From Breznakia sp. PF5-3 (GTDB taxonomy: Bacteria > Bacillota_I > Bacilli_A > Erysipelotrichales > Erysipelotrichaceae), in the NCBI RefSeq assembly GCF_029504745.1, contig NZ_JAQFIQ010000040.1, positions 1 to 21,948 of the forward strand: a stretch of 21,948 nt of DNA, in the 5' to 3' direction. Positions 8,470 through 16,194 of the stretch are shown piece after piece (the stretch's first letter is position 1; the number at the start of each line of letters is the position of its first letter). Position numbers and translations under genes: made by a program. The notes below the pieces were generated by a model that searched no databases, was not told the DNA's origin, and saw nothing but the letters and a program-made list of their open reading frames with translations.

Positions 8470-9648
8470 ATGAAGGAAGATATGGATAAAATAAAAATTA
8501 ACAAGTCAGCTCTATATGCGTGTAGTAGTAAGGTATATTTAGCGAAAATACTAAGTAATTATAAAAAGGGAATTGTTATTAATCAAAGAGAGTTGAGGAG
8601 AGTAAAGCACTTTTTTGATAATGAAGATAAAGTTTTTTATAAATCAAAAACCACAGGAGAAATATTTAGTAATAAGCCTGCTAACTATTCTCCTAAAAAA
8701 TACAGAAAATTTAATGATCCTTCTATAAAAAGAAAAGAAGTACTAAGAAGATTGAATTTTTTTTTAAAACAAATTGAGACACCAAAGTATCTTTTTTCTG
8801 TAAAAGATAAAGACTACGTAAAGAATGCAAAAATTCATCGAGGGAACTCACACTACATTATGCTAGATATAACTAGTTTTTTTCCAAATTGCGATTATAG
8901 GAATATATTTGAATGGTTATTATCTGATTCAGGTCTTGCTATGAAGCCAGATATTGCAACATGTATATGTGATTTAGTAACCTCCCCTAGAAATGGACAA
9001 TATAGAGAATTACCACAAGGTTATCCTACAAGTACATTAATTGCATATTTTTCATATAAAAAAATGTTTGATGAAATTGCCACCTTAGCTAAGTTAAGAG
9101 GGTTAAAATTCAGTACATATGTTGATGATTTGACTTTTTCATATAATGATAATATTCAACTAGATAATGAGTTTTTCATTTTAGAAATTAAGCAATTAGT
9201 TTCTAAATACGGACATAGTTTAAATGATAAAGAGAAGATATATGATTGTAGTAAACATTATAGTAGCAGTTATAATCCATTAATAACAGGAGTTTTTGTT
9301 AAACGATGGAAAATAAGAGCATCAAGAAAGTTACATAGTAAAATGATAAAAAAATACAATAAGCTCATAAACCTGAAGATAATAGATAGTACAACATATT
9401 TTGAGGCTTGGGAAATGTATCAAAGTCTTCAAGGAATTTGTATTTCAATAAACACAATTGAACCTCAAAAAACAAAAAAGAATCGTCAACACATTTTGAA
9501 TTATATTGAAAATAACAAGAAAAAGTTTCCTTTTGAAACAAATATAAAAAGAATTAAAGAATTAAGATTAGAGAAAAAAATATATGATGCTTACAGAAGT
9601 GGGACGTTGCGAGAATTTATTAGTAAGCATAGCAATATAATTTTTTAA
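8470..9648 (+). CDS. Retron-type reverse transcriptase
   Basis: The motifs are collinear with retron RTs (compared with Ec86 RT from memory). They are VKNAKIHRGNSHYIMLDITSFFPN (NAxxH plus DxxxFF), ELPQGYPTST (LPQG), FSTYVDDLTFS (YxDD catalytic motif) and PLITGVFVKRWKIRASRK (VTG-like motif). The alternative start ATG 8482 has better SD spacing. Confidence 0.85.
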   Translation: MKEDMDKIKINKSALYACSSKVYLAKILSNYKKGIVINQRELRRVKHFFDNEDKVFYKSKTTGEIFSNKPANYSPKKYRKFNDPSIKRKEVLRRLNFFLKQIETPKYLFSVKDKDYVKNAKIHRGNSHYIMLDITSFFPNCDYRNIFEWLLSDSGLAMKPDIATCICDLVTSPRNGQYRELPQGYPTSTLIAYFSYKKMFDEIATLAKLRGLKFSTYVDDLTFSYNDNIQLDNEFFILEIKQLVSKYGHSLNDKEKIYDCSKHYSSSYNPLITGVFVKRWKIRASRKLHSKMIKKYNKLINLKIIDSTTYFEAWEMYQSLQGICISINTIEPQKTKKNRQHILNYIENNKKKFPFETNIKRIKELRLEKKIYDAYRSGTLREFISKHSNIIF

Positions 9649-9756
9649 TAAACTCTTTTTTACTACTATAGGCCAGTTTTTCTGTAATATCATATATAAT
9701 ATTTTTAAATAAATTGTCGAATAAAAACTTATACTATTATAGTCAGGAGGAATATC

Positions 9757-9980
9757 ATGAAAGAAACATATAAATTAGTTAAAAATATCATTTCTTGCAA
9801 TAAATGTAAAGATATAATCGAAAGCAAATCTATTCATGATTATGAAGAATGTAAGTGTGAAGCTGTGCAATTGATGGTGGATTAGAGTATCAAAAAATCA
9901 CTGGCTTTGATGAAGATATAGATTTAAGTCCAAGTGTTTATCAAGATACTGAAAGTGGTAACTTTGTTACCTATGATTAG
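9757..9980 (+). pseudogene. Frameshifted small zinc-ribbon protein gene
   Basis: SD AGGAGG (9745-9750) precedes ATG 9757. Frame 1 reads MKETYKLVKNIISCNKCKDIIESKSIHDYEECKCEAVQLMVD* (stop at 9885). A shifted frame continues (A)IDGGLEYQKITGFDEDIDLSPSVYQDTESGNFVTYD* to 9980. This is consistent with a 1-nt indel near 9865-9872. Confidence 0.5.
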
Positions 9981-10025
9981 ACATTAGAAAAGAAAGAGTC
10001 GTATTTAGAAAATATGAGATGGATT

Positions 10026-10050
10026 CGGTTAATTCTGTTCACCCTTGCCA
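10026..10050 (+). repeat. Degenerate direct copy of the tRNA-Trp 3' end (att-like islet border)
   Basis: CGGTTAATTCTGTTCACCCTTGCCA compared with tRNA CGGGTTCAATTCCTGTCACCCCTGCCA (5902-5928). Similarity is roughly 80% with small indels, and both copies are followed by AT and a hairpin plus T-run. Confidence 0.55.
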
Positions 10051-10063
10051 TGAATGAAATAAA

Positions 10064-10089
10064 GCCTTGTAATAAGGTTTTTTTATTTT
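10064..10089 (+). terminator. Terminator-like hairpin after the tRNA 3' fragment (probably the ancestral tRNA terminator)
   Basis: GCCTT-GTAAT-AAGGT followed by a T-run of nine. Its architecture parallels 5941-5967. Confidence 0.45.
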
Positions 10090-10302
10090 TTATAACTAAA
10101 AATGGCCGAAATTATGTAAAATGTCTTTTTTTTGTATATGATAATAGTGAAGTAGAGCAATATTGGCATCTATTAAAATAAGAATAGTATGATAAACTAT
10201 ACAGAAGAAGAATATTTAGCTATACAAAATTATAAAAAAATAGGATTTATAAAACTTTTTATAATTTTAATCGTTAAATAAGTGAAAGGAGGATATTAAG
10301 AT

Positions 10303-10809
10303 ATGAAAAAAATACTGAGTGTATTGATAATGATATCCTTATTACTGATTGGTTGTTCTAATAATAATAGGAAAAAAGAAACAATCAAAAGAGAAGAAGT
10401 CCCACAAGAAATACAAAAAGCACCAGAACTCAATCATGCTGAAATGATGAATAATGATCGTAGTTCAATTGCAGGGGATTATATTAATCCTAATGGAGAA
10501 GTAATTACTGTTAATGCAGATGGGACACTAAATTTTCATGGAAGTATGAATTGGGATGTTAGTAATCAAAGTGCTTCTGATGTTTATTATACAGAAGAAG
10601 GGATATACGGATGGGCTTTAGTTCCAAAAGACCATCCAACTGGTGCAGGAGGGGTGATGATATTCCCAGTAGGTGTAGATGTCAAAGGATTTATTGTCCA
10701 AGAAGACGGAACGGTTGTATTAGGAACGTTATCAACAAATAAGGAAACCATTAGAATGACACAGGGGCAGAGTGCACCAAATGAAGAAGAAGTATACACA
10801 AAGAGATAG
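10303..10809 (+). CDS. Lipoprotein of unknown function
   Basis: Signal peptide MKKILSVLIMISLLLIGC with lipobox LIGC, and SD AGGAGG upstream. Confidence 0.8.
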   Translation: MKKILSVLIMISLLLIGCSNNNRKKETIKREEVPQEIQKAPELNHAEMMNNDRSSIAGDYINPNGEVITVNADGTLNFHGSMNWDVSNQSASDVYYTEEGIYGWALVPKDHPTGAGGVMIFPVGVDVKGFIVQEDGTVVLGTLSTNKETIRMTQGQSAPNEEEVYTKR

Positions 10810-10876
10810 CTATTTCAAAAATCTGTCAATAATATTAAAGTTGTCAAATAAAAATGGGCATATTGAAAAAGAAAAG

Positions 10877-10910
10877 TGCCTGCTCACTGTACTGGTGAGC
10901 AGGCATTTTA
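10877..10910. terminator. Bidirectional rho-independent terminator between convergent lipoprotein genes
   Basis: 11-bp stem TGCCTGCTCAC / GTGAGCAGGCA with a 7-nt loop. It is flanked by A-rich sequence on the 5' side and T-rich sequence on the 3' side. Confidence 0.8.
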
Positions 10911-10975
10911 TATATTTATTTAAATAACTGATTATCTAAGTTTTCTCTGTCTACCTAACAGGAATCACATCTTGA

Positions 10976-11485
10976 TTATTCTAAATCGTATACTAAATCT
11001 GTGAAATAATCTCTATATTGCGCAAACAAATCAGTACTAAATTCAGGGTCTCCTTTTGCAACAATATCATTTGATTGAATATATTCATCTTTAATTTTCA
11101 TTTCTTCATACATTGTATTCCATGCTTCTTTGATATCCCCATATTTATCTTCGTCTAGTGACTTGATAAATTTATCATATTTTGCAGCTTTTTTATAAGC
11201 TTTATTATATCTTTTCAATGTGATAGTAATATCCATTTCTTTTCCAGTTGCATCAGTTCCATTATGCAAATAATCTCTTATGTCAACTAACCCATCATTC
11301 CAATAATCGCCAACAACCCAATTAGAGATGTCAGATAACTCTGAATTGATATCATCATCACTCATAGCTTCAAATGTTTCTTTTTCTTTGTCATCTTTGA
11401 TGTCATTGTCATCATCTGAACTTCCACAACCTGTTAAAATTAAACCTAGCACTAATACAAAGCTAAATAATCTTTTCATTTTCAT
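10976..11485 (-). CDS. Acidic lipoprotein of unknown function
   Basis: MKMKRLFSFVLVLGLILTGC has lipobox LTGC and is followed by a D/E-rich linker. SD GGGAGG is best spaced for the ATG at 11479 or 11485, not the track start at 11512. Confidence 0.75.
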   Translation of the reverse strand: MKMKRLFSFVLVLGLILTGCGSSDDDNDIKDDKEKETFEAMSDDDINSELSDISNWVVGDYWNDGLVDIRDYLHNGTDATGKEMDITITLKRYNKAYKKAAKYDKFIKSLDEDKYGDIKEAWNTMYEEMKIKDEYIQSNDIVAKGDPEFSTDLFAQYRDYFTDLVYDLE

Positions 11486-11808
11486 TTCCTCCCTGATTAT
11501 TATATATATCACACTTATTAGTGTTGATACCTTTTATTCTATATAATCTCCCTCCAGCTTTTATCACTTGTTATGTGATAACGATTGTTTTTTCTTCATA
11601 ACCTCTATCTAAAGGATACTATTTTAAATCTTTATAAGTATTAAAGACTTTGTTTGATAACAAAAACGTACCATAATTAAGCAATGGTGTAAAGACTTTT
11701 AAATGAGGTTGATATGTTATATAAAAAGTACTGATAAATATAAGAACAATTGTTTTGGATATACTATTTGTTTGGTATAATTGATTTATTGAAAGGTTGG
11801 GATAAATT

Positions 11809-12048
11809 ATGAAAATGGAAAAGAAAAGGGTTATGTTATTGATAGTGGTTATCGTATTTATAGCAAGTGTATGGATTGTACCTGAAGCATTTTTTAACTA
11901 TTTGTGGGCAGCGTTTTCATTATTCAATATAGCTTATAGTTATTTTGAGTATAAACAGGATGCCAATAATAATCCAAAGCTTTTAATTTTTTTATGGTTT
12001 ATAGTGTTTGCTGTTTGTGTGTATAAAATTATTATTAGTTTAATATAG
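11809..12048 (+). CDS. Small membrane protein (79 aa, 2-3 predicted TM segments)
   Basis: The ORF contains hydrophobic helices VMLLIVVIVFIASVWIV and LLIFLWFIVFAVCVYKIIISLI. No family was recognised. Confidence 0.45.
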   Translation: MKMEKKRVMLLIVVIVFIASVWIVPEAFFNYLWAAFSLFNIAYSYFEYKQDANNNPKLLIFLWFIVFAVCVYKIIISLI

Positions 12049-12128
12049 GTATCTTATTGAAGAATTATCTTTTAGAATAATACATGGAATGTTTTAGACT
12101 AGAGAACTATAATGGAGAAGGTAATAAT

Positions 12129-12239
12129 ATGGGAATAATTCGTAAATATATGAAGTTGATTCAATATTATTTTATAAAAATATATCCATTTATTCTAATG
12201 ATTTTATTCATTGTTATAACTTGGATATTGGCAAATTGA
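12129..12239 (+). CDS. Possible 36-aa membrane peptide (below the ORF-track cutoff)
   Basis: Hand translation gives MGIIRKYMKLIQYYFIKIYPFILMILFIVITWILAN*. A GGAGAAGG SD-like sequence lies upstream. Confidence 0.25.
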   Translation: MGIIRKYMKLIQYYFIKIYPFILMILFIVITWILAN

Positions 12240-12290
12240 TATCTAATGAGTAACAAGATATAGTACTGTATTTATTGAAAAATGGAAGAT

Positions 12291-12330
12291 AAAAACATTT
12301 ATTTCTTTAGTAGAAATAGATGTTTTTATT
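12291..12330 (+). terminator. Strong rho-independent terminator
   Basis: 16-bp stem AAAAACATTTATTTCT / AGAAATAGATGTTTTT (one G-U pair) with loop TTAGT and T-rich 3' flank. Confidence 0.75.
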
Positions 12331-12646
12331 TATGCCGATTCAAATTATTTAAAAAAAGTGAAAATAATTTGAACGAAAATGGATTTTAATATGACTAAAA
12401 TATGAGAGGTGATGTTGGAGGAGAAATATATGAGACATAACGAATAGTATAAATAATGCTGCGAATTGTTATAAACTAAGTAAAAAAGGTTTTTTATTGA
12501 CTAACATAAGCTTTTATAGTAATTTATATGATGAGGCGCTAATAGAGAAATTGATACTGAAAAAGAGGATTTTTTTATTTGGAAAAAAGTAGTATCCAAA
12601 TGATTTGAAATTTGTATGTAAACGTATTAAATTTAGTAATTAGCAT

Positions 12647-13366
12647 ATGAGATTTATGAAACTACGAATGGATGGAAATACGATGAACAATGATAAAGAA
12701 AAAACAACAACATTAAAGCATAGAATTCTAACTGTTACTGGGATAGTATTGAGTATCATTTTGATACCCATGCTTATCATAAATGTAACGTTAATTGTTA
12801 AAAGTTATACAAACCCAGAAGAAGTGCCAAGCATTGGTGGGGTTGTTCCAATGATTGTATTAACTGATTCAATGTATCCTAAGATTCACTCTGGAGATCT
12901 TATCATTTGCGATATTGTAGATGCAGAAGATGTTAAAAAGGGTGATATCATAACGTACTTTGATCCTAAAAGTGATAATGATGCCGTTGTAACTCACCGT
13001 GTAGTGAAAGTTATAGACAAAGATGGCGATGTATCATTTGTAACAAAAGGGGATGCAAATAATACGAACGATGATGAAGCGGTTACAGAGAAAGACCTAA
13101 TTGGAGTATACAATTTTAGAATTGCTGGTGCAGGAGACATAGCGATGTTTATGCAAACAACACCAGGATTGTTAATTTGTGTAGTTACTCCGCTAGCTTT
13201 ACTTATAGGGTATGATATTATGCGCAGACGTAAATATGATAAAACCAACAAACTCGAAACAGAAGTACTAATGGCAGAACTAGAGGAACTTAAAAAAGCA
13301 CAAAATATTAAAACTGATGTGACTTCAAGTGAAGATAGTTCAGGTGATATAGAAGAGAATAAATAG
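12647..13366 (+). CDS. sipW: SipW-type (archaeal/ER-type) signal peptidase I, copy 1
   Basis: An N-terminal TM is followed by VLTDSMYPKIHSGDLII (catalytic Ser), VVTHRVV (catalytic His), TKGDANNTNDD and a C-terminal TM. The layout is collinear with B. subtilis SipW. The start is ambiguous among four in-frame ATGs between 12647 and 12683. Confidence 0.8.
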   Translation: MRFMKLRMDGNTMNNDKEKTTTLKHRILTVTGIVLSIILIPMLIINVTLIVKSYTNPEEVPSIGGVVPMIVLTDSMYPKIHSGDLIICDIVDAEDVKKGDIITYFDPKSDNDAVVTHRVVKVIDKDGDVSFVTKGDANNTNDDEAVTEKDLIGVYNFRIAGAGDIAMFMQTTPGLLICVVTPLALLIGYDIMRRRKYDKTNKLETEVLMAELEELKKAQNIKTDVTSSEDSSGDIEENK

Positions 13367-13519
13367 GTTATGTACAGAGAAGGAGAAAGGGTTAAACAAA
13401 GTTTCTCTTTTTTTGCCTGCCACAGCAAAAAAAGTGGAATATAGCTGCAATGCAGTTGCATCTCTTTATATTAGAGATGAAGATTGAAATTTAATACAAA
13501 ATTATTTTTAGGAGGAAAA

Positions 13520-14584
13520 ATGAAAAAGAATAAATCGATGAGAATAGCATCTGGATTATTAGTTTTAACACTAATAACAATGTCTATTATAAGTGGAACA
13601 TTTGCTAAATATACAACAGCGGGAAACGGTGATAATCAAGCGCGTGTTGCAAAATGGGGTGTCACTATCGGAGTTGATAAAGACTTCTTTGGTCAAAACT
13701 ATGATGATAAAGCAAATGGAAATACAATATCAAAAGACGCTAAAAGCGCAACAGTTAGTGTTGTATCATCAACTGCTGATAACGTAGTTGCACCAGGTAC
13801 TAAAAATACAAGTTTTAATTTAGGTATTACTGGTAAACCTGAAGTTGATGGAGTAATTAATGGGGAATTAGCTTCACAAAACTTTTCAATAAGTGGAGAA
13901 AAATACTACAGAATGAAAGAAGTTGCTATTACATCAGCAGCAGAATATACAGCATATAAGAGTTCAGCAGGGGCATTAGACTTATATGTAATTCGTGAAT
14001 ACAGTGGTAGTGATGTATATGCAAAAACAAATGGATTTACAAAGGCAGGAGATAAATTCTATGCGGCTGAAGTGGCTTGTGATTTAAAAAAGGCTGATGG
14101 CTCAACAGGGCCTAATTATTATCCAGTTGTATTCAAATTAACAGATCAAGCTGGTAATGATTGGAATGGTTACACAAATCCAACAGGATCAGCAGCAATT
14201 CATACAGATACGCTAGCTCAAGTTACAACAAAGTTTAATAGTATTTATAAAACTTCTGGTGTAAATTTTGAGGCAGGAGAAAATTTAAGTACAAAAGCAT
14301 CATTACCTAAAATTTCTTGGGAATGGGCATTCACAAGTGATGATTCGACAACAAATGGAAAATATGATGCTGCAGATACTTTAATTGGTGATGTCATTGC
14401 GGCACAACAAGGTGATACTAATATAGATTTAAAGCTTATTGCTAGTACAGGATGGTCTGGAAATGAAAGCAATTTCGCAAAAGAAAGTGGACTTGAAGGG
14501 CCTTATTTAGGAATGCCTTTTAATGCAAATTCTAAACTTGAATTGAAATTCAATTTAAAACTTACTGTAACACAAAGAGATTAG
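13520..14584 (+). CDS. TasA/camelysin-like secreted protein with a SipW-cognate signal peptide, paralog 1
   Basis: SD GGAGG is followed by ATG 13520 (the track starts 12 codons earlier). The signal MKKNKSMRIASGLLVLTLITMSIISGTFAKYTT resembles the TasA GTFAxF cleavage region. The APGT motif and beta-rich composition also fit. Confidence 0.7.
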   Translation: MKKNKSMRIASGLLVLTLITMSIISGTFAKYTTAGNGDNQARVAKWGVTIGVDKDFFGQNYDDKANGNTISKDAKSATVSVVSSTADNVVAPGTKNTSFNLGITGKPEVDGVINGELASQNFSISGEKYYRMKEVAITSAAEYTAYKSSAGALDLYVIREYSGSDVYAKTNGFTKAGDKFYAAEVACDLKKADGSTGPNYYPVVFKLTDQAGNDWNGYTNPTGSAAIHTDTLAQVTTKFNSIYKTSGVNFEAGENLSTKASLPKISWEWAFTSDDSTTNGKYDAADTLIGDVIAAQQGDTNIDLKLIASTGWSGNESNFAKESGLEGPYLGMPFNANSKLELKFNLKLTVTQRD

Positions 14585-14625
14585 TATACATCATTTAATG
14601 TATACATAGTATATTACTTTTATAT

Positions 14626-14665
14626 CTATACTCGCAGTTTTGTGGCGGGACTGTGAGTATAGTTT
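14626..14665 (+). terminator. Intra-cluster hairpin (terminator or attenuator) after the first TasA-like gene
   Basis: 13-bp stem CTATACTCGCAGT / ACTGTGAGTATAG (one G-U pair) with an 11-nt loop, followed only by TTT and then an A-run. Confidence 0.5.
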
Positions 14666-14726
14666 AAAAAAATAGTTAATAATTAAAGAATTAATTGTTG
14701 ACTATTTCTTTAAATGAGGGCTATAT

Positions 14727-15590
14727 ATGATAAAGAAAACAACAAGAACAATATGGGGATTTATAGCAGTTTTACTGTTTTTTATCGTATCCACAATATC
14801 TGTTTTGGCTGATAAGTTGGTAGAATCATCGCAAGGTGATGAAGAGATAATTTCACTTTTTCCAAGTAAGGACTCTACTAGCAAGGTGAAAGTTGGAAAT
14901 GATACACCATCATCTATCCAAGTTCAAAGTAATAGGAATTATCGAACAAGTTATACACCAGTAACAGTTAGTGATGACAAGAAAGTTTGGAAAACACAAA
15001 CGGATATCGAGATTTTTAAGCTTTCCTATAAAAATGGAAGCGATAAAGTTTCGGTTTTATCTTCGGATGGAAGTGAAGTGATTGCACCTGGAACGGAGAA
15101 TTCCTATACATTTAATATAAAAAACAATAGTAAATCTTCCGTAAAATATAAAATGACATGTGAAGTTTTTGTAGAACCAGAAAATTTATTTTTTCCTGTT
15201 GAAATGTCTTTTGAAAGTTATACAGGAAATTACTTGTTAGGTAATAGTAATTCCTTTGTAAATGTAGAAGATATTTCTTTAGTTGAAGATTCAGGAGTAT
15301 TATCAGCAAATAATTATGCTTACTATACATTGAATTGGCAATGGCCATTTGAATGGGATAATGATACATATGATACATATTTAGGAGATCGAGCAGTTAA
15401 TGAAGATTTAACAGTAAGTGTTGTTATAAAAACATTGATTGAAGATGATGGAAAGCCTAGCAAATCTGGTGGTGGGATCAGTTCACCAAGTACAGGGGAC
15501 GCAACCAACAAGACCTTATTAAGTGTATTAGCTATCGTATCTCTTGGTAGCATTGTTGTTATACTAGGTAAGAAATATCGTAAGGTGTAG
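14727..15590 (+). CDS. Cell-wall-anchored TasA-fold paralog with an SPSTG sorting signal
   Basis: An N-terminal signal or TM is present. The internal motifs VIAPGTENSYTFNIKNNS and YTLNWQWPFEW are shared with the flanking TasA-like proteins. The C-terminus is SPSTGD, then a hydrophobic stretch, then KKYRKV. Confidence 0.7.
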   Translation: MIKKTTRTIWGFIAVLLFFIVSTISVLADKLVESSQGDEEIISLFPSKDSTSKVKVGNDTPSSIQVQSNRNYRTSYTPVTVSDDKKVWKTQTDIEIFKLSYKNGSDKVSVLSSDGSEVIAPGTENSYTFNIKNNSKSSVKYKMTCEVFVEPENLFFPVEMSFESYTGNYLLGNSNSFVNVEDISLVEDSGVLSANNYAYYTLNWQWPFEWDNDTYDTYLGDRAVNEDLTVSVVIKTLIEDDGKPSKSGGGISSPSTGDATNKTLLSVLAIVSLGSIVVILGKKYRKV

Positions 15591-15600
15591 GTATGTTTAA

Positions 15601-16194
15601 ATGAGAAACAAATTAGGTTCAAAAATAAAATCAAACGTAATTCTGAGAAGAGTGTTGTTATCTTTAGTTGGGCTATTTCTAGGGGTTAATATATATTTGT
15701 TTAATGCTACTAGTATTGTTGGTAATAAACTTCCTATGCCTTTTGGATATGGCGCTGCAGTTGTTTTATCAGGAAGTATGGAGCCAGCATTATCAGTGAA
15801 TAATCTGATTATTGTAGAAGAATCAAAAGCATATGATAAAGGAGACATTGTTGTTTATCAAGATGGTAATGAATTGATTGTTCATCGTATCGTTAGCATA
15901 GATAAAGATAGCGTTATAACTAAAGGTGATGCAAATAGTGTTTCTGATAATCCTATTAGAAAATCAAGTATTAAAGGAAAAGTTATTGTAAGTATTCCTT
16001 TTATAGGTGTATTAATAAACATATTAAAGAGTCCTTTAGGGACAATAACTATTTTAATATTAGCCTTTATGTTATTAGAACGTTCATATAAAAACGATAA
16101 AAACAAAAATTTGGAGAACCTTGATATCATTAGGCAAGAGATTGAGAAGATAAAGGAAAGTTATGAAATGGAGGGCAATCATGAAGAAAAATAA
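15601..16194 (+). CDS. sipW: SipW-type signal peptidase I, copy 2
   Basis: VVLSGSMEPAL (catalytic Ser), LIVHRIV (catalytic His), TKGDANSVSDNP and N- and C-terminal TMs match B. subtilis SipW closely. Confidence 0.85.
   Translation: MRNKLGSKIKSNVILRRVLLSLVGLFLGVNIYLFNATSIVGNKLPMPFGYGAAVVLSGSMEPALSVNNLIIVEESKAYDKGDIVVYQDGNELIVHRIVSIDKDSVITKGDANSVSDNPIRKSSIKGKVIVSIPFIGVLINILKSPLGTITILILAFMLLERSYKNDKNKNLENLDIIRQEIEKIKESYEMEGNHEEK

Larger units (their letters stand above)
5929..10050. mobile_element. Decayed tRNA-Trp-associated integrative islet (about 4.1 kb) carrying a defence-type cargo
   Basis: An intact tRNA sits at the left border with an integrase remnant next to it. A degenerate copy of the tRNA 3' half plus a similar terminator hairpin sits at the right border (10026-10089). 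The cargo is DUF4238-like, ncRNA and RT. Confidence 0.6.

Noticed and set aside
10587-11546. Shadow ORFs 10587-10799 (-) and 11328-11546 (+) overlapping the two lipoprotein genes.
   Set aside because: They run opposite to genes that have clear lipobox signal peptides and SDs, and they have no independent support.
10303-12048. The window-central pair of convergent lipoprotein genes plus a small membrane ORF, considered as a possible novel system.
   Set aside because: The genes are convergent and separated by a bidirectional terminator, so they do not form an operon. They have no enzymatic or nucleic-acid-related motifs and look like ordinary surface lipoproteins.
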